Below the pieces are notes generated by a model. It saw only the letters and a list, made by a program, of their open reading frames with translations. It was not told where the DNA came from and ran no database searches. A stretch of 64,000 nucleotides of DNA, taken from NCBI GenBank assembly GCA_964106915.2, contig OZ066915.1. One strand, written 5' to 3'. The DNA comes from Podarcis gaigeae. Taxonomy: Eukaryota. The first letter of the stretch is position 1; every line of letters begins with the position of its first letter. The position numbers and the translations under genes are program-made. Below are positions 1 through 13,500 of the stretch, piece after piece.

Positions 1-1919
1 ATTGCTAAAGCAGATTGAGCAAATAAACTCTTCCGCCTGCCCCAACTTCAAAGACTGTACATAACTTCTGGGAAGAGGGAATGCAATCACAAGGATTATT
101 GTGCCCAAAGAGCTTACAGCCTTGGCAGCGGCAAAAAAGGACTTGGGACTTCGTAGACAACAGGTGGCATAAATAAGCAGAGGAGAGCTAGTTTGCCACT
201 GGGACTTTCTTGCCCTTTATGAAATAAAATGATCTTGTGCCAAGCATTTTAGGGCACCAGCTGTGGGGCAGCAAGCCAGACTGTGTGTGCTTGTGTTTCT
301 TGTTAGTTGCCCTTTAAACCAGATGGAGTAAGAGATCTGGGCAAAAGGCACCAGAGTAACAGGGATCGTTAATTAGTTGGGGGCATGGGGAATAGGAGCT
401 TGTGTGCAACAATCCCTCTCCTCCACAAGTCAGGGGTGAAATAGCAAAGAGGATTTCTTTCTAACTGTTGGTCCTGAGGAACAACTTACGTTGAGTCTAG
501 AATGTTTTCGTCTTTCCTTTTGGAAACCTTTTGAACTCATCTTGTAGCTGTTTGCTTTCATCTTCCTATCCAAGAGCAGATGTGAGACACAACTGGCTTG
601 TCCCTTTCCTATTTGCTGTGTGTGCCGGGTTGTGCAGACTGTCTCCTAGAGTGTGTGCATTGGCAGAAACACAGGAGAAAGCTACAAGGCAGTAACGCAG
701 TTGAGAAGGTCATAACTGGTATGTGCTACTGTATCCACGCAGTGGACTTGTGATTTGATATACTGATGATCTCACCTTTAAAAAAACAAAAACAAATTTC
801 CATGCATCAAGCTTATACACTATTGACTTAATAAACAAAATAATGTATGTGTACAGTGTTGAGGTTTCTGTGCGTTTCACAGTTACCCATGGCATTTAGA
901 CTCAAAACACCCCAATTTCTAGCAAAAAGCATATATTGAAGTTAGAATAAAAGAATGTTCTCATAATTGAACATGGGATTGGGATAGAATTCAGATATTT
1001 TTGCCCAGTTTTAATGCTGATTTGCTTAATTTCTTTGTATTATACAAATATTTGCTATTGTACAAGTCCAGTCATCCCTATTTACTCCAGTTGCATTGCC
1101 CAGTCTTAAAGCCTGATGCTAGCTAGTCTATATCCATTAAACATACTTAAACTATTTTCTGTGTGTTGCTGGAGGAACACAAAGAGCAGCATCCCTGCTG
1201 ACAGGTTATACCAGCTCATTGACCAAGTGTCTTGCCTAATAAACTCTGCCTCCTCTTTCCAGCCACTCCATTTATTGATTAACTGCAAAATCGACAGAGG
1301 TTGTCTCTAATTTGTTTCTAAATCAGCCACTTCTCTTACTGCACTATTGATCTACTGCATTATAGAATTGTCACTAAATTATGGCAAGTTTCCTCTATTT
1401 TCTATCTAAATGTGCTCTGTCAATGTATTTTAGTAATTGCATTTTAGTCTCTTTCTTTCTCGCAATCAGCACTGACTTACATGCCAGTGAATTAACTTCT
1501 CAGCCACCTCTGCCACTTGGTTAAGTACCAACCAACCAACTGGCTGCTCTCCTTGATCGGTCATAAATTTCAGCCAAGCACAGGGCTCCCATTATTGCCC
1601 CATTCTTTCTCTTTCTCCCAATTTTCCTCTCTCACTTTGAAATTCATTTTTTCAAAAAACTTCTTTTTCTTTAGCTGCCTGTGCTTCCTTCCAATCCAAA
1701 AATCTATATGCCTGTGATATCTACATTCTCTTGCCTTTTTTATTTATTATTAATAATGAAAACAAAAGCCGGACCAAATGCAACCATCACAAACATTCAC
1801 CATTCCCTAGCACACAATGGTGGAATCTACACACACATAAAAACCATTCTGAAAATGCATTTTTAAAAGCGTTTTTAAAAATACATTGAATTTTCTATAA
1901 GGCCCACCATCACCATCTA

Positions 1920-2200
1920 GTGTCACATAGCATATTGGACTTAAAACACTCTTAAAACGTTTTATTTGCAGCTGTATAGCTGAGTCCAATGTTACCCACC
2001 TTTCATTCTCTAGAATAGCAATAGCATAAATTCCAGTCCCAATCTAGTATCTGTAGTCATCAATACAGATTTATATGTATTTTCCTCAGCTGATTCTGTA
2101 GTCCTATCAATTTCCATCAAAGTTCCATTAAGAGTGGAGGTAAAAATCTGCCAATCTCTTTCCCAGAGCCTCAAAAGGACTGGGGATAGATCAAAGCTCA
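1920..2200 (-). mobile_element. Highly degraded L1-like ORF2 C-terminal remnant
   Basis: Minus-strand peptides LRLWERDWQI...EENTYK and QIKRFKSVLSPICYVT resemble the L1 zf-RVT region. Confidence 0.3.
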
Positions 2201-5200
2201 CCCAATGCCAGTGTCTTTTCTTGTGTTGTCTTTTTTGTTAAGCCCCATTCCCTTACTCATTCCTGCTGCTCTCTTAGGCCAGTGCTGTTTTTTATCAGCT
2301 AGCTCCACATTCATTTCTCACCCAAAGTTCACCTCCTAGAACTATCCTTATTCTGGTTGCTGTTTTCAGAATGTATCATCATAAGAAAAGAAAAAAACCC
2401 CCAACCCTTAATATTGGTGTCCACAACCTGTTCAACATCTTGAGCCCCACATCATTTGAATTTGAATAAAAATGGGATGCCACCTTTTCAATAATACCTC
2501 TGCAGCTGCTGTCTCAATAGCCTCTCCCTTTCATCTTCTTTTTATTAAATCCCACACAAAGAAATCAGAGGACAGCACTGGGACTCTTACCTTCTGTGCA
2601 ATCTTTTTGTTTATGCAACACACAGTTTTTACTTTTTTATACTTCTATCTTATTGCCGTCAATGTTTTTGCTTTCACATTGACACCTCACTTACATTTTC
2701 TCTCCAGAACCTCCATAATTCATCCTACATGTTCTAATTAGGAACACAGAAAGCTGCTCTTATAATGAGCCATACCACTGGTCCATATAGCTTAGTATCA
2801 CTGACTGGCAGTGGCTTTCTCTAGGTTCTGAGATAGGGTTCTTTCTAACCCTATGTGGAGATGCAGAAGGTTGAACTTGAGATTTAACTGCAGGCCAAAC
2901 ATGCATCCTATCATATGGTCATACTCTAAGGATTCCAACATACCTCTTTAAGCTTTCTGATTTTCCACCTTTCCCCTATTCAGTCTTTCAATTGCCGTTT
3001 ACAGGAATGATCACTTCCTTAATTGAGTATCCTTTTTTTTTTATCTCTAAGGTGCAGATATATCTTGGTCACTGTGACTTGGATGATATGTTTGGATCAC
3101 TGTAAATCCAATAACTTGTGCAAGATCTATTGCTTTCTGATTTATTATTAACATACTAATTGACGTCGTGAATCCATCAGTGGTAAACAGCCAAGCTGGA
3201 TTAAGCAGTCATAGTTTCAGCAGGAAGAGTAGTGGAACATTTGAAAGCTTTACTGTATAGCTAAACCAGTGAATCAATCACAAAAGCCAAGCTCCTTTTC
3301 CTTTCTAGCTCCTAAACCTAAGCATGCTCTTTATACTTATCAAGCCTTATTATTATTATTAAGCCATATTCTGAGGCAATAAGCTTCCTGATAATGATCT
3401 CAGATCACTCTAACATATAAGGAGCTCATCTGAAGCATTGAGCCTACGAGAGAACTTCCTAGATGAAGGAAAATGACTAGGTCATTATACCACATTCTGT
3501 AATTCAAAATTTGGCTAGTTACAGTGATAATGTCTCTGATTTTTTTAAAAAATGCCTACCTATTATATGAAATATTAAACCTTGATGTACTTGCAACACC
3601 CCCCCCCAAAAAAAAACCCCATGACAATTTAACAAGAGATGTTACAAAATGAAGCATACAAACAAGAGAAACAGCAAATACAGTTGGAAACAAGGCTTAG
3701 CAATACTTCAGTTGATGCATTGGCTATCATTGCAAATCCAAACCTGCCTTCAAAGATGTAAGTGGATAACATGTAAATGACCTGCTCCTTTTTTCACACA
3801 ATATTATGGTTTGAAAGGAGAATATTCCTAGGAGCTGGGACAGTACCATTTTGATTCTCCTCCACATCTCCTCCTGGTGCGCTCAGATGTTTGAAGGATC
3901 TTATTTGGGTTACATAAGTTCCTTCCTGCTTTAAATTAAGCACAATCCACTATTTTCTTCAAAGCACAGCTTTGTAACTAAGGTAGGGCGTTCTATACAG
4001 ACACCTACTTTCTTCATCTTGATGTTTGTAGGATTGCCAGGTGGTAATCCAGAGAGCATGCCCGTGTTTCTAAAAGAAGTAGGAGAAGCATAGATTGCTC
4101 AACCAGGCCACCTCCTCACTTTCCTTCCTTTGACTTTTGAACATTTTTATAGCATAAGCAGTATATTTAATGGGATTGGTAGAGCAGTGAGGTAGGAGGT
4201 ATATTGGCTGCAATCTGTTGTTCCCCATAGTCAAATCTGACTGAACTTAACCATCCAGGGGTCCTTTACTTTCACCCTTTTACCTATTGTTCCTTTGGAC
4301 ATTTTAAGAACAGGTTACTGATCCCCTCTTTTATACATCAAAAACTTAGGCTGCATTCATATGCATCCTTACCTGGAAGTAAGGTTCACTGAACACTGTA
4401 AACATGAATAGGATTGCACTGTAAATCATGTGTAAATGTGCTGGTTAGTTGAAATGCTTGGGGGTGGAGATGGGGAGAAAAAATAATAGATTTGAATTTT
4501 GAAAACAATATTTGGATATCAGCTGAAATACTGATGCTTTTGTTTGTAGATATTAGTGAAACCAGGCTCTCTTTCTAAAGTCTCTCATATCCACTGCGGT
4601 ACAAAATAAATGAGGGTTTTTTGTGTTGGGTGTGTGGATTCTTGATGCCTGAGTGCTAGTTGAATGTACCCAGTGTAGATTGTAAGTCTTTGAAAATCAT
4701 GCCTCTGGAATTTGTGGCCAAAAATATCTATGTTTCAGTTTTCTGATATGCTGCTAGCTGTTGAGTTTGAGACCCAAGGGACAGAGCAGCAGGGACATTT
4801 CTTGTTTGGTTTGTCATTTAAAAAATCAACAGTTATGAGATGTGTCGGCTCTGCCTAAAAAAAATATAACTCAGACTTTCTATTTAATACACTTTTGGTC
4901 TGTGTTTGATATTGTTTCACCTGTTTTGGAATGGATCCTTTCTTTCCCTTCCCTATAACCTCTTGGAGGCATCTATCTCTTTGTCAGTAGTCTGCATTTT
5001 TTTCCCTTTTCTTTTTTTCACAGCTCTGCCTTCAACAAAGTCACAGTGTATGATGGCCCTTAAAGGGATGTGATGCTCCCTTTATTTTAATAATAGGTCA
5101 GAATTAGCCATAATAGTAATAATAAATCAAGTCCCAGTGGAAATCTGCTATAAGATTGCAGTCATTAATTTTTTTATTGTTAACATGTACTAGCTACTTT

Positions 5201-5453
5201 GTAACTGCATTCTCAAAAAGAAAACACCTAACATGATTATAACTAGCTGCCCCTATATACTGTCAGACCTTAGGTCCATACAATTTACTGATTAGCAGCT
5301 GCTCTCCCAAGGGCTCTGATAGTAAGCTTTTCTAGCTCTGATGTGTTACCTTTTAACTAGAGATACTCAACCTCAGAGACTGTACATAGGACTAACTGCA
5401 TAAGCACATGCTTTACCACTGAGCCACAGGCAGGTTTCATGTGATCTATTAGT

Positions 5454-6230
5454 TGTTGTGTGCCAAGGCCCCATGACCCACAGTTCCCCAGTGGATAATA
5501 AACACATCAACATGAATAGATAGGTTTATGGGTTCAAATAGGCCAGAACTTTATTGGTTACAGATGTGAGTGGTTTGGTTTAGGAACTGAGTTAAGCCAG
5601 GCTATATCTCGACTCCTGCCCATCTGCAGGAAGTCCATCTAAGTATAAATCAACAATAGGGGAGCCCTATGACTTACATCAAATAGGGGGACCCCGAGGG
5701 ATCCTGTTGGGGTCGTGGCATGGCCCTAGCCCACACCCAGGCATCAGACAGAATCCACACCCCCGGATCCCTTTAACAAGATACCCTTAAGGAGGAGGGG
5801 CAGGCGGAGTCTACAACCACCCCTCAGGCTTACCCACTGCCTAACCTCACAAAGTTGTGACGATTGCTACAAGGTAGGTGAAAACCAAGTGGTTGGTGCC
5901 AATTTGCCAAGTGGAAAAAATTCCTACACGACCCCAACAATATGGCAGCCGACATTTGTCCATAGCAAGGTCATGTTATAGCAAAGCATAAAAAGAGGGG
6001 GCAGGTGGGTTGGGAGATCCGGCGAAGGGCCCAAGAGGAGGGATCCCTGGCCGTGCCGTGGTTTAGGTTTCCTGCAGCCATGGCCCCTGCCAGTGCTGAT
6101 TGGTCCACAGGGCTACCCATGGACAGGGCCCTGCTCAGCACCAGTGACACAGCCCGGAAGGCGATGGGGAGGGCGTCAATCCCCACCCCACTGCCAGATC
6201 ATTGCAGGGGCTCGGATCCTGGCTGCAACA
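5454..6230 (-). mobile_element. Probable solo LTR (~780 bp)
   Basis: TGTTG...CAACA inverted termini, GC-rich body, and minus-strand AATAAA (~5550) about 100 nt from the end; no TSD found. Confidence 0.55.
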
Positions 6231-6880
6231 CCACCCACCCAAAAAAGCTGAGCGGGTTTTTTATGTGGTAGTTGACTCTGGATGACCCAAGATGAAGTGA
6301 TATGTTAAAAATGAAGAGTTGAACTATATTCTTTTGCAGGGGCAATCAGGTCCAGGAACCTCTGCTCCAAAGTCAGGATGGTGCCTTTGATTTGCGGAAG
6401 ATATGTAACAGTCAACAACTTCAGATACATGATTGCTACCAAGTGTGTAGGTCAATCTGTAAGGAAAGAAATCTTTTTAAGTGTAGCTATAGAATCTGTG
6501 TTATTTAAAAACAGAAGTATTGATTTCAAATGACTTTTTATCACAGAGGGAGGGAGGTTTTAAAAAACAGCTAATCTTGGCTTTCATTCAGACCAGCCCT
6601 CTGATTACAGATCAGTTCATTTCTATCTGACACTGTCCCGGTACTAATTTTCACTGGCTTATTTCTTTCTCCTGGAATTGTAGTCTGTCTCTCCACCATT
6701 AAAGCTGAATGTGTGCAGCTGCATCAGGGTTCCACACCTCAATACTTTTTATGTGGCATGTTGGAAAAACAACAACAATGGGAATTCCCCTAATAAAGAT
6801 TTGGGGATTGCCTCTGGGTACAGTTTTTCCTGGAGAGGAGAAGTGGCAGGCTCTGAAAATGGAGGTAGACAGAAGAGCTA

Positions 6881-7029
6881 CAGGTGAAACTCAAAAAATT
6901 AGAATATTGTGAAAAAGTTCATTTATTTCGGTAAATTCAACTTAAAAGGAGAAACTAATATATGAGATAGACTCATGACATGCAAAGCGAAATATGTTAA
7001 GCCTTTATTTGTTATAATTGTGATGATTA
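6881..7029. mobile_element. Tc1-like transposon, isolated terminal inverted repeat fragment
   Basis: TA|CAGGTGAAACTCAAAAAATTAGAATATTGTGAAAAAGTTCATTTATTTC... resembles long-TIR vertebrate Tc1 ends; the partner end was not found. Confidence 0.7.
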
Positions 7030-7735
7030 GCTTTTGGCTAATGCAGGATACATGACCCTAATCCTGCCAACAACAGTAATCCTTGCATTTCAACCATATC
7101 CTTTAATTCTTTAGAAAAGAGCCCAAGAAACTGATTCCAGAGAGATGTTGATAGGAATAGGCTCAATTCTCAGGGGCTGCCATTAAATTCGCTGGGACAA
7201 AGTAACCAAGACAGTTAGCAAGACTTTGAACAACAAAACCTGTTCCCATAGCCCATGAAATTGGAGTCACTAAAGAGAATTTTCACCCCTTCCTAATTAT
7301 TGTCCCTGTGTACACACTGTTACTTTAATATCTTTCCAAAGTAAAGTTTTACCTTGGTGACACTATATGGTGAGAGGAAAATGTGACCTTGACATTCAGC
7401 AGCCCAGCTTTCAACGGAGGGAGAAACTACAGCAGAGCAAAATGAGTCTCTGAGCACAAAGCATGGTGATTTCATGCACCCTCCTTGACATTTTGCAATA
7501 TGAGCCCCTCTTTCGGTCCCAACCTTCTTTGCATTATAGTGGCAGGCATTTTGTTAGTAGTCATTTCCCTGTGCCTTTTATTGCATAAATTACTTAATTG
7601 TTCTAGTTTTATGTGTTGACACTTATGGCTTGATTTTCAGGAGAATATTTTGCTAATAGTGTGTTAATAATTCACATTAACCTCTCATGTTGATATTTGT
7701 GCATTCTGATTGAAAGGATACTTTTTTCCTTAAAC

Positions 7736-7760
7736 CACACACACACACACACACACACAC
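7736..7760. repeat. (CA)n microsatellite
   Basis: Seen directly. Confidence 0.95.
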
Positions 7761-8118
7761 TCTTCAGTATTTTACTTCAAAACAAGTCTTACTGCCATAG
7801 GACACCCACCATCCAGAAAACAAATGAAGAGAACCTGATTTCTAGACCGAGCAGATGGGCAGCCCAATTCACAACTAACAAAGTGAAGTACATAAATTTA
7901 AATGAAAGCTGAGCCAAGGAACGTGGCCCCAACTTTTCCATCAGTTTTGAGAGTGGGCCCAAATCTTTGGGGTTTGAGAGAAACCTGTTCATTTTCATTG
8001 GTGGCAAATGTTGATGGGATTGTCAAAGCAATCTGACCACATTTCTATTTGCTGCAGAGCAGCCCAGTGGAAACACACTCTGCTGTGATGTAGCAATTTC
8101 TTGAAATGGTGGGAGAAC

Positions 8119-8192
8119 TTTCTTCTTCTTCTTCTTCTTCTTCTTCTTCTTCTTCTTCCTCTTCCTCTTCCTCTTCGTCGTCGTTGTCGTCT
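8119..8192. repeat. Compound trinucleotide microsatellite (TTC)n-(TTCCTC)n-(TCG)n
   Basis: Seen directly. Confidence 0.95.
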
Positions 8193-9870
8193 TTCACCCT
8201 GAAATCTTATGGCTCCTGGGAGGCCCTTGCTCTACCAACTTTGGAGCTCCAACATCAGAAAGGCAGATTGGAGGTGTGTCAGAGGAGGACCAGGAGAAGG
8301 CTTGGATCAAAAGGATCCAGCATCCTTCCAGTCCCAACTCGACCATCAAGTAAACCAAACTAACTCTAGAGCTGGCATGGTTTATTTTCCTTCCATTTCT
8401 CACCATGTGAGTGAAAATTTAAAGAATGAATGAATATGTTCCACCCTGAGTTCTGCCTTATTTGAGAGCCCAGTAGAGCATTGGAGGAGGCAGAGGAGCC
8501 ACCTTCAATTTCCTCCCAACACCCCTGCCTTAGGTTTGCAGGCTTGGAAATTGAAAACGGCTGCCTTAATTGTAAGCCTCCCACGCACTGAAAATTAAGA
8601 TTTCTCTCAGCATCTCCAAAAATTAGCAAAAATGTCACTGGTTTTCACATGCCATGAATGGCTGAAAGGAGGGTGGGTATTTGACTGCTCTAATTTAAAA
8701 TGAATTTGTCCCAGTAACGCTAGGCATGGACTGTGTTGAATTGGAGTATTTTGTCTTAACTGGCTTCTGGATAAAAAGAACACCAGGAACAGCTTCATTT
8801 CCACACACATACCCCTTGTGTTTCACGTCTCTCAGGCTTCTTTAAAAAGTGATCTGCGTCCTAGAACACTTAACTTTCTCAAGAGATTTGTGATTCTTCC
8901 ATACTTGAGAGTCTAACCAACCATTATCTGAAGCATGTTTTCAGTGTTGCTGATCCTTGAGTTTCCCACTGTTTTCAGCCAAAGGGGACTAGGGAAGTAA
9001 CCTAGTATAGTGTCATATATTACAATACAGTAGGGTCTTGTTAGGTACCAGAAAAATGCTACATAAATAATGAAAATAATAAATATCAATCACATATGTG
9101 CCAGTAGTCTTGTGTCCCTTAACTGGCTGGATGATTTACAGTTTGTTAAAAACCAAATGTTTTTTACTTGAATGCATTAAGCATTTCACTCTCTGTAAAT
9201 GCTTTGCTTGTTTAGGAGCCTTCATCGAGTGTGTTACTAAAAATAAATGTATTGAGGAGGTTTGGCTTTGCAGTTGAAGGCAATTGTGAGGTCTGAGTAG
9301 TAATTGTGTACCATGGGATTATTGTGCTTGTAGAAAAAGAGGAACAAACGCATTCTGAATTAGGGAATGGAACATAGCCTTTCTTAATATAATGCTCTCG
9401 TCTTCTCCCAGATAGGTCTGTATATTAACAAAAGACGCCTGGCAGATTATCAGAATGACACTTCCTGTGGATCTCAGTTTCCTTTAGGTGGGCAGGATTC
9501 ACCTAACCTAACCTCACCCCCACCCCTATCAGCAGTAGCCCTGCTCAAGGATTTCTGCTTACTCAATGGGGCTTCCTTCACGACCTGCACTGAAATTAAC
9601 TCAGAGGAGGTTGGGAGAGCCCTCAGAATGTCACATGGATGAAGGGGGGGTGTCATTTAATCTGGCAAGCTGCAATGCTTGAACTGACAGCGCAATTGGA
9701 AGAGCCTGATGTTGAATTCTACTGAGTATACTTGAACAGTCCTCTTCTCGTATCTTCCCCTGTTAAATCACTTGTCCCTATTTTGTTCTTAAGTTACTTT
9801 GGGAATATCTTTTTTAAAAGGTTAGTTTGCACCAGAGTGCAAATTGAGCTTCCCATCCATCAACACAAGT

Positions 9871-9984
9871 CAGGCGTGAGAAACCTATAGCCCTCCAGAT
9901 GTTGCTGGACGACAACTCCCATCACCCCGATCATTGGTCATCCCAGTAGGAACGGATGGGATCTGTAGTCCAGCAACATATGAA
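9871..9984. mobile_element. Short palindromic hAT-like MITE (gccctccagatgttgctggactacaactcccatc family)
   Basis: Internal inverted repeat atgttgctggac...gtccagcaacat; other copies at ~28625-28677+29227-29240, 40131-40247 and 53345-53482. Confidence 0.7.
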
Positions 9985-10727
9985 TCTGTAGTCCAGCAAC
10001 TGTAAGTGAATACAACAAATAACATGTTAAAGCATGGGGATGGGCGTGCAATGGTCATTGGTGTGAGAATAGAGATTTTACAAGTATACCTACACGTTGC
10101 TATTTTTGTCTGCAAAATGCTGGAAATCACTAACCCCTGGAAGCAGTTGATGTCTGATGTGATTGTGCTTTTTTCATAGGCAGGATTTTGCTTAAGCTAC
10201 CAGGAAGTTGGGGTGGTGGAGGAATTAATCAGATCTTGGTTTTAATAATTAGATTAAGGCAAACTTCCCTGCAAAGCTAATAAATCAGCTCCTCTTTGCT
10301 TCTATTTCCTCTTGTGAATCTGAAAATGCTGGAGAAAAAGGTACTCTTTTAGATGACTCCAAGGAAGTGTTTTCTCACACTGCACTATATTAACATTGAA
10401 GCAACATAATGGAATTGCATTGTAATGATTTTTCACCTGGGTTGGTGACTCCCTAGTACTACCTAGTCATTGCTCTTCTGCAGTAAGCTACATATGGAAT
10501 TGCAATTGACTTTCCACACTTCGGGGGGTATAGTACTTTTTGTGTGTATATACATCATTGCATACTAGTTTTATTTATTTTATTTATGAGTGTGTCATAG
10601 CCATGAAGCTGGAAGGAAATTATTCTGAGCGTGTCATTACATTTTTAAAAAAGCCATTCTTTACTTCATGTTAAAAACATTTGTTGAAAGTAATAGTGCA
10701 GCTGGGCCTAAACTTAAGAAGTGTTTA

Positions 10728-10773
10728 GAACAAACAAACAAACAAACAAACAAACAAACAAACAAACAAACAA
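10728..10773. repeat. (AAAC)n microsatellite
   Basis: About 11 units, seen directly. Confidence 0.95.
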
Positions 10774-13314
10774 CATGGTGATAAAATGCCACTGACCATA
10801 GCCTGCTCCTAATCCCATTAACTATGGTTAATCAATGGGAAGCTTTATTTCTGCATGAGCTCAAGGTACGACTTCTGTTGTTGGAATATTAGACTATTTT
10901 GTTGCTGAGAAAATGGAGACGATTATTGTCACCTGGCAAATTTATTTCCCTTGCAAAAGCAATAGTAGGATTGGGTTGTGCAAGTGTCATGCATAGCTAT
11001 TGGACAGTGACTGACATCTGCATTGACAAGCAATAAAACTTTGTCAGAGCTAGTCACTTCCATATCTTAGCCTTAAGACTTCCTATTCGGTTCTTATTGG
11101 TTGTGATATGGAAGAAAAAGAGAGCACTTAAACTTATCAACAGTCTGTGTAAGTTTCAATTCCCAGAGAAGTTTTTTACTAGCTTGCAGCAATTTTTTTG
11201 TCAACCGCCCCCCCATTATTATTTCAGTGCTGCTCTTCACATGTACACACACCATTCAATTTTAAAATAATGCCTGTTTTTGTTAGTGAGGAGAATAGCT
11301 GGGCAACTAGCAAATTGTATTATGGCATAAGCTTTCATGGAACTGAGTCCGCATCAACAGATGATAGAGGAAAATTTTCTCATTATGCAGTAGACTGGGA
11401 CTTCTAAACTCTCTTTACTGTCATCACTGCTGAAAAACTGACAGACAGAACTGACAGCCTTGGGTGAATATGAGCTGGTCACCTAAAAAGAAAAAGTTGA
11501 CCTCACTCCTAATTTGTGGGTTAACATTCCCTGTAGTGTCCCCCTCCCCTTTATTTACCATTCATTTGACCTTCTAAACGTGCCCTCCTTTTCCATCCAC
11601 TCTTCTGCTAATACAGTACAGCCCTGTGTGATGTCATATCCAACCTTCTTGGGGAGTTTGCTTCACAGGCCTTCTGGCTACAGAGCAGCCAGCATGTTAC
11701 AGAGTATGCTGGCAACACTCTGATCAACAAAGGCTATTTGGGGACATGAGCAGAAGTCTGTACGCACAATGTAGATGACATTTATTTTAGAGGATAGCAA
11801 CTAATCCTTCCCACCCATTTGTAGCATTTTAGCAAAGAATCTCACTCCCCACTCCTCAGGCACACACTCCATGCAAACCATAATATATGTCAAGCAACAC
11901 AGCTGCTGGGAGGGCAGAATGTGGGCGTTCATTAGAATGGCCAGCTGTTCTTTCAGTGCAAAGTCCATTCCTTGCACAGCTCATCAGGGCCTTGCTTCTT
12001 TGATCCATCTAATGCCCGCTTTTGCCATCCCCCCCCTCTCCTGCTCAGCTGGCACTTGTAGACTTCCCAAATGGGTGCTGCACAGCAAGCAGTGTGGAAA
12101 AAAAGCCAGGGATTCACTTAGAATCAAGGGACTGTATCTAAAGAGGAGGGCAAAGGAAAAGGAAAAGGCAGGAATCATCAGGCTCTGACAAACACTATTT
12201 TGGAACTTTCCTCGATGGAGCTACTTTTATCTGTGTTTCCTGGATTGGATTAATTACTCAGTGAAGCTTGGGGCTTCTTCAGAAGAGTCTTATATACCTG
12301 CAGAGGGGAAGGTTTTTGGCCGTGTCAGCTCCCTGCTAGGAGCAGCAGCTGGCCTCCTCTAAAACCCTGTTGCTTGGGTCAACATTGCAAAATGCTTTAG
12401 AAATGGGTAGCAGGCTAACATCTGTTTTCCAGGGAGCAACCAAAGAGAAATGTGAGTCCCTGGGCCAAATTGATCACTAGGACAAAAACATTTTAAACCT
12501 GAAACTTGGAACAAAATATTAAGTTTTCTGTCTCCCATAGAATTAGAAAACTAGTTTTGAAAACACAGAGGTAAAGCACTTTAGGACTCTGCTAGTTTGT
12601 TTTCATGTTTGTTTACATTTTTGGTGCTGTTATTGTGCTTCAAAGATTCAGGGTCACTTACTGCTTGAAAACAAAATCCCAAGTCAAAAGTAACATGCAG
12701 TATTTTCTGAGTGTCTTACTATTTTATATAGAATAGATAAATAAGATCAAATTGAGAGAATATATATAAAAAAACTGTACCATGTTGAGTGTCTGAGGAG
12801 CTTATAAATAATAAATATTATTATTAAACTTCCCACAGATATCATCCAATATTAATCTTCCATCCCCACTCCCCATCTTTTCTTCAAATACACCCTGTCC
12901 TCTTGACTCAGTATTAGTGTGGAAGTGATAACTATTTCTTAACTTACTTCTGCCTCTGGGTTGTTTAGGGTAGAATCAGGCTGAAGTGAGTGGAATGAGA
13001 GGGAAAGACCCCCTTGCGAGATCAAAGACACTTTACTTTTTCTGTGATGGTTCAAATTTTGCCCTCACTTTATTGCTGCATTTGGCATATGTAGTTATGA
13101 GCAATAATTGTAGTTGTAATGACAGTTGTGGTGCAGTGATGTTATCAATGAGAGGGCAAGATCAGGAAGACCAGGTGTGGGGGGATATGTACTGCCTGGC
13201 CTAAAAGCACAGTAGTGGGTGAGGAGACTGATTGGAGCAGGGAGGGATATATATTATTGCAGTTATAAACTACCTTTCTGCTAAGGCATCCAAAGTAGTT
13301 TACAATTTTAAGTA

Positions 13315-13500
13315 CAGCGGTACCTCCAGTTGCGGGCGGGATCCATTCCGGAGCTCCAGTCGGATCCTGAGGTTTCCTCACCTGGAGGGACCGCTTCTGC
13401 GCACGGCACGGTAGAGCGCTTCTGCGCATGCACACGTGGCAAAACACTTCCGGGTTTGAGTTTACGTTACCTGAGGGTGATGTAATCCAAGGTGCTACTG
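13315..13500. mobile_element. Tc1/mariner-superfamily (Tigger/pogo-like) MITE, 186 bp
   Basis: TA flanks at 13313-14 and 13501-02; imperfect TIRs CAGCGGTACCTC / CAGTAGCACCTT. Confidence 0.8.

Noticed and set aside
6340-6446. Possible cassette exon (ttcttttgcag acceptor to gtaggt)
   Set aside because: Weak donor, a stop in the TEX264-compatible frame, and no homology evidence.
8106-8363. Poly-serine ORF
   Set aside because: Produced by the (TTC)n microsatellite; no splice or homology support.
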